A stretch of DNA of 64,000 nt from Lepidodermella squamata (lineage: Eukaryota; Animalia; Gastrotricha). The DNA is taken from the NCBI GenBank assembly GCA_047495785.1, contig JBLDXI010000009.1, forward strand, positions 3,596,001 to 3,660,000, read 5' to 3'. This document shows positions 23,201 through 36,604 of the stretch, one piece after another; position 1 is the first letter of the stretch, and each line of letters opens with the position of its first letter. Position numbers and translations under genes: made by a program. Below the pieces are notes generated by a model that searched no databases, was not told where the DNA came from, and worked only from the letters and a program-made list of their open reading frames with translations.

Positions 23201-26200
23201 ACAGGATGAAAACCGTGTCAGAAGTGCCTCGACAATGTCGACTGGCGGCCAGGATGACTTGACGAAGCAACTGAGTTACCGACTTGGCCTGGGCGGGCTC
23301 GGTTTTCAGTCGTCGCTGTCTCGCGGGGGTGGTGGAAGTTGCGTGGCGGGTGTTGCTGGGGAAGACAATAACAGCGATGCTGGCAGTATGTGTTCCGATC
23401 GATCTTTTGGCGGAATGAGCCGTCTTTCTGATCGAAGTGCTCCGCCCGCTGTTGGACGACAGGTTTGTGTTAAATTTTTTTACACAATCCCTAAAAGCTA
23501 GCCGAATTATTTTCTTCTTATTTTCATCACCATTTTTGCGCCGAATTCTTGTGAATTGAAAGCATTAAGGTCATTTTCGCATTATGAGAGTCGCTCTTTC
23601 CTTGTAAGGATAATAGCCTCTTGTGGGAAACAATAGCTTCGTGCGGGGCATCGTTGTGTTTACTCGGGGTCCTTAATTCGGTTCAATTTTGTATTGATGG
23701 GAGATGGATTTTGTTTGCGCTATTTCTGTATAAAAACTCCGCCTTAATAATTTTGCATTTTTATTGTTTTTACTTGAGTCATTAATAGCTTTCAATTCGC
23801 AGAATTTTGAAATATTATTTTGTTAACCACCTCTCTATCTTTTAAATATCATTTCATTTAAATGTCCTGTGTAACTGTGTACATAACTAAAGTTGGTACC
23901 ATCGGGCGCTGGCGGCTTATCGGGCCGCTTGTTCAGCGTAGCCGACGTGGCCTCAGGCCGCGGCGTGTGCTACGGCCCGTTGAACGCCCCGAGTGGCGGT
24001 CGCAAAAAGGTAAGACTCAAGTACTCGCAGAGAAATAAATAAATCAGAAAAAACCATTGGTGTGTGATTTTTATACAAATGCAATAAAAAAAATTAGCCG
24101 GCAGCCGGTCGATCCTTGCAATATTATTTTATTATTATTTAGTCTCGCTTCATTTTGTTCGGGCTGTAAAATTGATTATAACCCTGTTTAGCCGCTATTA
24201 TATTTTTTATTTTTTAGAACCTCCTAGAATAGCGCATGAGTTGTATTTTATTTTTATGTGGCATCCGCCTTAATTTTTCAGAATTGTATTAAATTTTTAT
24301 GTTTATTCGCAGGATTATGGTGCTCTAGTTAATCGACTTGGCTCATCGGCATGGGAAGACCGCCGAGCGGGTTTAACCGAACTTCAGGCACAGCTGATTA
24401 CAAACCAGCTGGTAGCGCTGAACCAGGCCGAAGTCGATCGGCTAACCTCGGTTTTCACCAAGTTGTTCAACGACCCGAACAAGAAGGTCTTCTCACTTTT
24501 CCTCGACGTCCTCGTTGATTTCGTCATGCGGTTCTACCCTCAACTGAACAATTGGCTATTTATCATGCTGACCCGTTTGTTCACTCGCTACGGGGTCGGC
24601 GATATGCTAGAATCGGTTCAAAATCGTGTTTTACGCTGTATTGACGTGGCTAGGCAATGTTTCCCGGCCGACGTTCAATTCGCCACGGTTATTCGAATGC
24701 TGCTAGATCAATCGCAGACGCAAGCTGTCAAGGCTAAAGTTGCGATTTTGAATTTTACTCAGCAACTAGCGACGTACTCAATGGAACCGTCACATTTAGT
24801 TGACAATGACGATACTCGCCTGTTGCTATTCCGTTTGATAACTTGGACTTGCGATGTCAGGTCGTCTGACGTGCGGCGAGCGGCGCAGGGTGTGATAATA
24901 TCGTTGTTCAACCTAAATTCAGCTGAATTCTCGCAGATTTTGATGAAATTACAGCCGCGTAGTCAGCAAATGGCGATGGCGATTTTGTCGAGTCACATGC
25001 AAAATTCGTCGCAGCAGCAACCGCCGCCGCAACAAATGGCGGCGTCGACCACTCAACAACCGAGACGGCCGTCGATTTCTGAACCGCAAGCAACGCCTGG
25101 TCTGGCGAATAACAGCGACCACCCGGAGGACATCACCCGGGTCAGGGAGTTGATCCGCGAGACGACGAGTGATATTTTGAATCTCAGTCGCATGACGTCA
25201 CTCGGCGACACGACTGACGCGAATCGATCCCAGCGGCCGCCGATTCCGCCGGTACAGAACACCCCGCCGCCCCCGGCCGGGCTACCTCGACCGCCGTACA
25301 ACCCAGGCGTGTATCAATCACCTGCGGCTACTACAGCCAACACCCCGACGTCGTTACCTCCGACTTCGATCATCAGCCAGTTGAGTACGCTGCAGAGCCC
25401 GACCGTCATCGACCCGGCTAAGCGGTTGTCAGTCGCTGTTTCGATGCTGTCGACGAATTCGAGTAATGGCGGTGTGCCGTCTTCGCCGAGAAACGGCGCG
25501 ACTCATTCTTTGGACGACAAACAGCGGGCGCTGAGAGATATCGCCCAGCTAGCTCGACAGCCCGGCTCGGATGCGGCGTGGCAGTCTGAGTTTAAAAACG
25601 TTCTGTTCGTGCTGTCTGAAATTCTATCGGCGCCTATGAACAACGCGGATGATGTTGCGTTGAGATCGACAGCTCTTCAATCACTGGAACGCATTGCAGT
25701 TGCGGTGAGTAAATTTCGATAAATTGTGCATAAACACGGCATAAACATCCTTTGCCAACTTGTTTCCAATCAATAGCCAAAAATTAGAAGATTGCTAGGT
25801 TCTATCGAAAAGGTAAATAGCCGGTAAATTTCCACGGCTTGGAATGATCTGATTTGTTTCGTTCATTTTTATGCTGACTCACGCGATCCAAAGTGAATCG
25901 AGGAATTTTTCCTCACAAAAATCACGTTTAAATTAAAAAATTCATATTATTGAACAATACTAGAAAATTCGCTTAATCATGCTGTAATTAATTTTGAATT
26001 GGTCCAAGTTTAATATCTAGGGTCGATTCTTTCATAATTTATGGATTTGATATTAAATATTAAATTTTGAATATTATTTCAGATGCCGAATCGGTTTTCG
26101 GAATATGTAGATTTCGTAGTTCTGCGTGTTCTGGATATGCGAGGATTCCAGCCTCTAAACGGCTCAGACACCTCCGAAACCTCGAATCAACAAATCCGCG

Positions 26201-26649
26201 ATGTTGAGCGGTGTTCGATGGCCCTGGCCGCATGTCTACCCGCCGAGTCACTACTACGCGTTCTCTGCCCTTTAATCGATCGAGCCGAATATCCCCAGAA
26301 CGAGCAGTCGATAAAAATGGTGACGAAGGCTGTTGAAAGGCTGGATCGTAACAGCCTGGGGCCGTTGCTGAACGCAATTTGCCCTGGTCTGGTTCGCGCG
26401 TGTGAGCACACGCAGTCGTCCGTGCGAAAAGCGGCTGTTTTCTGCCTGGTCTCCCTGTACCTGGTCGTCGGCGAGCAGTTGCGGCAGCATTTGACGCAGC
26501 TGTCGCAGGTCAAAACCAAGTTGCTGAATTTGTACATTGAACGCACGGTGACGCAAATGGCGCAAGCCCAGGCGCGGCGGGAATCTACGGCGTCGCGAGC
26601 TGCGAATGGCGGCGGCCATCTGCCGCTGTCCGAGGCGAATAACACCTAA
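20263..26649 (+). CDS. CLASP: CLIP-associating protein (CLASP); exons 20263-21927, 22557-23462, [23893-24009], 24313-25704, 26083-26649
   Basis: TOG/HEAT repeats (RLGDGKEQVR, DLRSQLVREAC, GLSDADQEAR), SxIP motif (SRIP) in a basic S/R linker, MFNDPNKKVFSLFLD TOG3, C-terminal SSVRKAAVFCLV...KLLNLYIER. Confidence 0.95.
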
Positions 26650-28705
26650 TTATCGCCACTTTTTTCACCGTCTATTTATTTATATTTCACGGAAAATTGT
26701 TGTGCGGAATAATTATTATTATTGTTGTAACTTATAACCAACCAATTTACACACCAAATTCACACCAGTAGACCACCTTTTTCAGTTTGATAGAACCTGT
26801 TGTATCTTCTTTTTTTAGCGAAGAGCAAAGACCAGTTTGCATGATGTAACCAATTTATATTGAAAAATGCGAAGTCTCGTGTTTTATTCGCGACAAATTC
26901 CAACCTGGTTTTGTTTGGTTTGCTCATGATAAGTGCGGAGGAGTTGACCTGACGAGGGAAATCTTGTAAAAAACAAAGTGTTGACTATCGTGAGCGCAAC
27001 AGTTTTTCACTGCGAAAAAATATCAAACTTTTGAAAAAAATAATAATTTATAATATCATGGCAATGTCCTCGGTGGTTCATTCAAAACTGTTAAATTTAC
27101 GTTTTTGCTTTCTCTTTACTATAGTCTTGCTAGAATAGCCGTCTTCTCCAGTAAATTTCCTATCGTGGGGGATCTCCTAGAGTTTGAGTTTTGCCGCGCA
27201 GCCAACTTTTAGCGCTTCGTTGATTATTATGAAAATTGTCAGCCTTTGTGTCTGCTCCATAAAACAACTCGCTCACCTCGGATATGAAAATGAATAAGAA
27301 ATTCAAGTCATCACCTGATTTTTAGTTGAATTTTTGTGATCGAGGCTGTTGAAATAATACAGACTTGTCGTTCCTCGTTTGATTTGTTTTAACCTTGTAT
27401 ATAAAATTCGAAATAAATTTTGTATCGGTATCTCGCTCTCTCTCTCTCTCTCTACTAAAATTTCATCTTCTTAAACACGACTTGCGGTTATCTATCTATC
27501 TCTGGTTATACACAACAATATTTTATTACCTGATGTGTTTTAACGAACGATCCACCAAAAACTGCGCTTTACTAACTGATATGAATAAACTTCTCGGTGT
27601 TAATCTGCGTGAAGAAAAATTCAAAAAATGGCAATGTATTAATTGAAAATTTTTAAGGTGACGAAAAATGGAAGGTATAAATATATATATTATGGTTTAT
27701 GGGAATGCGACTGCGCCTGCTGCTTTTTATCGACAAATATTGTTGAAAAACCCGCGTTCTTGCTTCTATCATTGATATTCCGAAAAATTGCTAACCTTAC
27801 GTTGTTTTCAAAACTGTATCATCCACAATGCCTTCCGTTTTAAGCCTTATTTCATTAGCTGGCTTGAGCTAGAAATAAGTGTTACCACTCACTCGTCGCA
27901 CTCATCGTATAGATTGATTTTGTCCACCCTAAAAAAACAACCTGACCACTTGTTGCATTATCATCATCACCTGTGTTGCCATAATTTTCGTGTCGTGTGG
28001 TTCGAGCATTTTTAGCTCGTGGTTTTAGTACTGCTATTATGGTTGTTTTTCTGCGTCCTCTTCTTATTCTTCATCGGACAAGGTCTTGATATATTCATCA
28101 CACGGTTCTTGGTTAGAAATTCGACGATTGTGACTCGTGTGCGTTGAATTCAATTGTTTTTCGTTGCGGAGATGATAATAATAATAATATGTCAATCAGC
28201 AAGCGCGTTGTATTGTTGCTATTGCTACTTTTTCACTCGACGACGATGATGATGACCTGTCAGTTATACGATAATGATGATACATCCTAGTAAATTTATG
28301 ATATTCCTATTGTACTATATATTGATAATACTATTACGATGTGAGAGCATAAGCGAGTTATTTGTACCACAGTATGAAACAAAATAAAACCGAAATTGAA
28401 AATAAGGCGAGTTTTTCCTTACTTGTGAATTTGATTACTATTCGGCGGCAAAATGTTATTGATTAAAGGATCGTGTTAAAAACATGCTCGCGGCTCTTGA
28501 CATGGGAATTGTGGCGATCCTCGCCGACTAACAAGTTCCAGCAGTACCCCAGGTTTCACTTCGGAAGTACATTAACTATGAATCAGCTTCTGAAAAGCAC
28601 AGCCAAAACCCTGACCCTTTATCTAGATACCGTAATTTGGGGTGACATCGGCATAGGTTTTTGCGACGATCGACTTTCAATAAATGAAATATTGCTGAAT
28701 TGATT

Positions 28706-29179
28706 TGTCGTAGTCTAGTAAGCAATTTAGTTAGATTCAGTCCAACTAGTTTAATAAGCAAACTTAAAAAAGACTAGTTTTAAGGGATTCAAACACAATT
28801 ATTGCGCGAAACATTACATCCCTGGAGAGAGCCTTAGGTTTTGAACAACCAACTCGATTGATAGCGTCAAGCACTGTTAGAATCACATTTTTGGCTATTT
28901 TTGCGCCGTATTTCGCTGTGCAAAAATTAAATTTTGTTAAGGTAGAGACATTGCCATTCGACAAAATAAACGAGATGGAACGGCCAAGAAAACCACTTCC
29001 GACCTTCTTCAGGGTTGGATTCTCAAAATTTTAGGTGAATTGCGTAATATGTTGCTATTTAACGCAAACTGTTGGTATTGAAACAATTATCAAGGTAAAT
29101 TAAACTAGGTTTTTGAGCAAATTGGCAAAAAACTAGTTGGATTCCCAATCCAACTAAATTGCTTAATTAGACTACGACA
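28706..29179. mobile_element. Non-autonomous TIR element (MITE), ~474 bp, ~75-bp imperfect TIRs starting TGTCGTAGTCTA
   Basis: 28706 TGTCGTAGTCTAGTAAGCAATTTAGTT... is the near reverse complement of ...AACTAAATTGCTTAATTAGACTACGACA ending 29179; the same terminus appears at 21992 in CLASP intron 1. Confidence 0.75.
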
Positions 29180-30284
29180 TATGCAACCACCTCAATATGG
29201 ATGTCGCCGGAAAGCCAGTAACACGTAGAATCAGATAGTGCAGTCAAAGTAACAATCAGGTACAAGCATGAATTTTAGTCGAAAGGTAAAGGCGGCCAAA
29301 GTCACCCAAAACACATATAAGTTGCGGGTGGGGTGACTTTGTACCACTCGAATATCGAAGCCGGCAACGTATAGACCCCATGAGTGGGCTACCGTTGGAT
29401 AGCCTGTATGCAGAGTTGTTCTAAAATGTCATTCGATCGCGATTTTGATCGCATTTATTCCTTTGGTTAGTCACCCTAATTCTACCGGAAATCGAACTTT
29501 TAAACAAATTCCCCCTAAGTTTACCTGTCATTTTATACTCGGTGTTAAGTCGGATTGGTACCTACCTATACATTGTACACATCTAGGCCTGGCTTTCATT
29601 GGGCTATCCAGCGGTACCCCACTCATGGTGTCTGTACCGTGCCGGCTTCGATATTTGAGTGGCTAAAGTCAATCCTTACGGTGCCGCTCAAAGAAGTTTA
29701 GCAATCTACAAGAAAAAATTAGTTTTTTTTTAATTCCTTAAAGCCCTATTTCTAGTCTAGCTACTCGAGCCATCAAAATCGCAACCAGGTCGCGAATAAT
29801 CGCAATGTTATATACCTACCTAGGTCGCGGCCAATTAGGGACTGGGTCGAAAATTAGTCGAATGGAATCAAGTCGAATTATCGAGTTTCCCAGGATTTTA
29901 CGTTTTCGCTCAGCTCCAATTTTACAAACAACTTATGATTCAATCCTTAAACCCTGCAATAATTTGTGATATTTCCGTGTTCCGTGACATATTTTGGTAC
30001 TGTTTAAACTGAGAAACGCTGTAAAAAAATTGATATGAGAATGAAAAACCGTTTATTTTCAACAATTGAGCCACCAGTAATTGCATATTGTCACATGTAT
30101 TTAATCAGATATCAATTCTTAGAAAGCCATAAATTTTGCAGCACAGTAATCGGAATATAACACGCATTTCGCTGATATATCACAATGCTGGAAAGCATAG
30201 ATCCGTTTTAAAAAGATTTCACCCTGTTTTATTGAAAGGTTTATTTTTCTAGAAGTGTAAAGGACTTCAAGTTAGCAGAAAAAC

Positions 30285-31629
<1,345 letters not shown>

Positions 31630-33111
31630 TTACCAAAACTTGAGGGTAATTTTGCGGACATGCAAAAACACAGCGGTCATGGATATGAAAAAGCAGTATG
31701 AAATCAGTATAACGTAAGCTTTCATCGGCTCGGCCAGAATTGTTCGGACTGAAATGTTAATGAGACCGGTCACAATGTTGGCGAGCAAAAATAAAGCCAG
31801 AGTGTTTGAATTGAAAGCTCGCGGCAGGAGGAGTAGTTCCGGCTCATAAGGCTTCGACTTGCGGAAACTTATGAAAACGGCCAAAATAGCACCGCCAAGA
31901 CAAATGCTCATCATCAAAAGAAAATTGAACATCTAAACAACAGTCAATCAATGCGGGATAGCAAAATTGTTTCAAAAGTTTACCAGCCAGAAAATGTAAG
32001 CAAAATTAGCCAGTCGCCTTGAACAAGGCTGAATGACGTTGTGAGCACCAGCAGAAGCAGCTGCGCAGATCAGAGCTCCGATAATTAAATTGCCCAGCAA
32101 TCGGAGAATTCGTTCGACCGGAATCTTTTTATCCTTTGCAGGCTTGGCGAACAAAGTCTGTGACAAGAACGAGCCAACTTGCATGCCGAATAAATAAATA
32201 GTTATGAATCCTGGCAGAGAGACCACGCCTTCCTTGTTTTGATCAATTAAGGAAAGATTGCGACGATCATCTGGCGTGTTGATGAGCCAACTTGCAAAGG
32301 TTGAATTCTGCTTCACGTACCAGGAGTATAGTGAAAACCCGATGAAAGATACAACTCCAATAAAACGAGGATTAGGGAACACCAAAATAATGATTGATAC
32401 TCCAATACGAACAAATGCGAGGGTGAAGAAAAAGTTCCAGTGAACACCATATTCCGTGACATGCTCAGGATAGCCAGATAATTTAACAGCAATCAATCGC
32501 GCAAAAGCAATCGCCAAAAGCGGCAATGTAGTTGAAACTGCTTTGACGAAATTACCTATGTCGCCAAACCTAGGAGGGTAACGAATTTCGCGAGCGAAAA
32601 GGCCATAATAAAATCCAAACAGGCCAACACCGACATCCATCACGCTGAAGCCATGAAGCTCAGTTTTGGCCAGATGGCGAGGAAAGATGGTAAAATCGAC
32701 AGCAAGAATGGCACATGCCGTTCCATAGAATAACACAAAGCGGTTATGGTTCAATGCATCAGGAACGCACGCAGAGGCGTCCGCTTTCATAAAAGATTTT
32801 TGCCACGGCTTCCAGAAAAATGAAATTAGGAAGCAATTCGCGACGACGACAAGACAGGCTATATTAGCCTGAAGAATATGATCCGCCAGAGCCGTGACGC
32901 CAAGAATCAATGGGAAAGAAACAGATAGGAAATTGAGAATCGCGCGAATCCATGGATGCAATTGCTTGGCTGAAAACAGTTGGTACAGCAGGTGATTGGC
33001 AACCAAGACAAGGCAGACATATGATGAATGAAGAGTCACGTCGAATGCAGAGCTTCCCTTCAAGTTGGAAACGAATTCTATTTTGCGTTGTCGATATTCA
33101 CTTTCGTTCAT
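31630..33111 (-). CDS. PIGW: GPI inositol acyltransferase PIG-W/GWT1; exons 33111-31984, 31932-31630
   Basis: FVSNLKGSS, AILAVDFTIFPRHLAKTE..G.SVMDVGVG, EHVTEYGVHWNFFFTL, NKEG, SRRLAN, FLLANIVTGLIN. Confidence 0.95.
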
Positions 33112-36067
33112 TATAATACACGAAAATCTAATTATGGATTTTAATTATGGAAAATAAAATTTAGATGTAAATCGAGAAAGGCTTGAAACACATCGAGAAT
33201 CAAACCTGAGACCAGAAACCTGAAACAGAATGACCAACAACATGACTTCGTAACAACTAAAGCGCAACACCTATGTCCCTCCCCTTCTGCTTGGGTTCTG
33301 CGAAACCGACAGCTGCAAAACCGAAAAAACTGAAACTGAAAACTGAAAACCCCGCCAAAACTATAAACTTAAAATTGTGCTATTTAATATTTTTGAGTAT
33401 TTTAAAAGTTTTAATCAATCAAAATGTTATTTGTGTCAATACGAAATTTTATATTACCGGCGTCTGCGCGAAAACAAATCTCTCAGTTTTTTGCTGTTTC
33501 TCGTGGCACGTCGGCTCATGCTCTCGGTCGGACGGTTACCGGTTACCGTTTCCAGTAGCAATTTCGACGATGATTTAATTTTTCCTTTTACTTGCCTGCC
33601 TCTCCTAGTCCCCACGTTCAACTGCCTGGTTTTCGTTCGAGTTTGATTGTTTACCGCTTCGATTGCCAGTTGTGCGTAGTGCGGTTTATTATTTTCTGTT
33701 TATTCTTATAAAACTTTGACCACTGACCATGTGTATATTGTTTTAATAGCACCTTCAACTATCATCAAGGGTTTTTTACTCAAATCACTCAAATTTGCTG
33801 TCGTTCCGCCAACAGGAGGTTTTAATCATCTATTTATTCGATAAAACTTTGTCGTTGGCTGTGTTAGGGTTTTGTAGTTTGCTTTGTCGGTCGTCCTTGT
33901 AATAAGCGAATGGAGCGCCGAGCACCAAAGTGTGTTTCTGGAAGCCTAATTGTATTACAGTACTGATAAGGTTCTATATTTCATTCAATGTGATTTATTT
34001 CATACTGAAATTAGGAAGCGGTGAGATTGAGCCTTCAGCGCAGATTTTAGTTTATTTGGCTTATCGTCAAAATTGTCTTTACTCGAGCTTTTATGGATTG
34101 CAAGTTATTTCCGAGAAATTTATTCCGACACGCGGTAATTGCTCGGGCGTTGTCGAATATGCTAGCTGTCCTTTTTCAGCTGATACTTGAGATACTTGTA
34201 TTGTTTAGCAGTGCCAGATTCGAAAATAACTTCGCAGCTGCCGAAGGTTTCATTTTTGGACTTTCGGATTTCGGTGTTGAAGGTTTTATTTCTCTAGGCA
34301 TTGATTTTCCCTCTTAATTTTTATTGCATGGATAATTAATAGCTAATAAGAATGGCTGGAGACGAGGACAGATTCGATTTTTTTGCGGTCGAATATTTAC
34401 ACCCGGCGGCCAAGCATCAACCTTCAACTCATAAAGCGCGCTCCTATGCCTTAGCATATCATAGCATTATCTTTATGTTATCATTTTCTTCAAGTTTAGT
34501 ACGGGTATTGTAATGTTATTGTGTGGTCGTTCGATAATTGTGTTGTTAGGGCATTTGGCCATCCCGAGCAGGAGCATTTAAGATGCGTAGTATTGGGCTA
34601 TGGTTGCCTGAGATTCATTTAGTCTATCCGGTTCTCAATTATGTTGACGTTTTATATTCGAGAAAGAATTCACATGGTGCCTTGCGGTCACGATATTCAA
34701 ATTTTCGCTGCGGGTTTTGTCATGGAAGCTAGCATATCATCAAGTTGGTCATCTCAGCGTTTTTTTATCGTGGACAGTTGCGTGAAGTTTATTAAATCAG
34801 CATCTCCAATGAATTCAATTGGAATGATTGCTCAAGCGCCCCAGGATTTCATGGTCTTTCATCAATCATTCCTAAACAGTAATTTTCTTGCGATCATGGC
34901 GAAGCATATGTACTTCTGGTATAAAAAAATCAATATGTGGGCCGTTTCGTGTTTTTTGTATACCGCAGCACTGTGATTCAGCGCCGTCGGATGTTTACTC
35001 TGGGGACAGCCGCCGTTTTGTTGTATGTTTCTCTGCTCTCTTAATACATGCACTTCATCTGTGTCCTGCTGCGTGTTTCGCATTCCATCGTTCATAAAGT
35101 AATGAAACCGAGAGCACTGGCCGGTCGTACAGTCATTTCGGTATATAGCTGGTTACCCATTAGTTGTAGATGTTGGATTGAAATTAACACTTTTCCTGTG
35201 AATAATAACATCACTACTAAAGTTGTTTTAATGTGCTAGTGTGCCTCTTCGACAACGCGTTATAGCTCTTCCCGGATCGTAGTATTATTCATTGCAGAGT
35301 ATCAGTGTTAGAGGCGCTGCGGCGCGATAGAACTCAAATTACTAATGACGTGAGTTCTATGCATGTGGTGTCTATCATCTGATGCAAAGCTCGAGCCTGC
35401 GATGAAGCAGAAGAGTTACGCTCGGCCTTCAATATTTATATACACGCATTGTGTTCCAGCGTGCTCGTATGTGTGCTCATTTCGGGAATTCATGTGTATG
35501 TGTATATATAGCGCGCTTCGCTCAGGGCTCTCACTCGATTCACGAAGAAAACGGCCTGGCTGCTGCAGCACAGAACAACAGCTATGCTCATACACACTCA
35601 AACATGATCCTATAAGCTCCATATTATTATTATTGTAAATAATATGCGGAGATGAGTAGCGGCTGCTGCTTCTGTTGCTACTGCTGCTACATTTTTGCAT
35701 TGTTTTATGCCGCATAGTATTACGACTATGTGATAATATTATGCGTGTTTGACCCGGCTTCGGAATCAGTTGAGTTTTACTACTATTAATTGGCTTATCG
35801 GATGAGTTCCTTATCGCCTCCACAGCGTTAATGTGGGCCGGTCTGGAGGTGTTTTTTCTAACTGATATGCATTCTCGCTTGGCATTTTTATTGCATTACG
35901 TAAGTGATATCGTGATGCGTAAAAAAATACGAGATTGATTGATGCAATTGCACTGCCTATCCTTACTACTATTTTATTTAATAGGCGTTTAATTACTTAA
36001 AATTTGATGCGGATTTTCGTCGATTGTAACAGGTGAATTTCTTATTTTATTTGAACCTCAAACCGCA

Positions 36068-36218
36068 TGAGCCTATTTGAAAGCCGATCTGAATTTGGTA
36101 TTACACCTGTTTCGGGTTGGTTACACCTAGGCCGACATTATCTAATCGCTCCTCGTTAACCCTAATTGCTTATGAATTTTTCAATTTTTTCGCAATTTTC
36201 TATGAGGAAATACATTTT
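36068..36218 (+). repeat. ~150-bp dispersed repeat, copy 1
   Basis: Near-identical to 42764-42908 (TGAGCCTATTTGAAAGCCGAT...CCTGTTTCGGGTTGGTTACACCTAGGCCGA...GAGGAAATACATTTT). Confidence 0.9.
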
Positions 36219-36604
36219 GGTTTTCTTTCATTTCAGGTAACGTGAGCGTAAAGTAAAACAATTCAAGTGTAAACCTTTCTGGATATCTGGCCTATCGATG
36301 AAGCGTTTCTAAGTTTTGTCCGAATCGAGAAACAACATTGTTCAGGGTTTCGCGGTGTCCTTTATTCCAGGCTCCTGATTGATTTTGGCGAATTTCCCAT
36401 TTTCTTTTTGAGAAATTCTGTTGAATTTGAAATTTCTCTCGATTTCCGTCTCGGTTGAGTAATTTTTTTTATTTTCCACACGTCGTTTTTCATCCAGCGA
36501 GAAAGTTTTTCTAAGATTTTCAAAATTTATTATAATATCATCTCTAATTATATATAATTTATCATTTTAATTTAGTTGTTAATTTATTGTGTTAACAACT
36601 TGCA

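Noticed and set aside
33273-35823. Short ORFs between PIGW and spectrin
   Set aside because: No recognisable motifs or coherent exon chain; likely promoter, 5'UTR or intron sequence.
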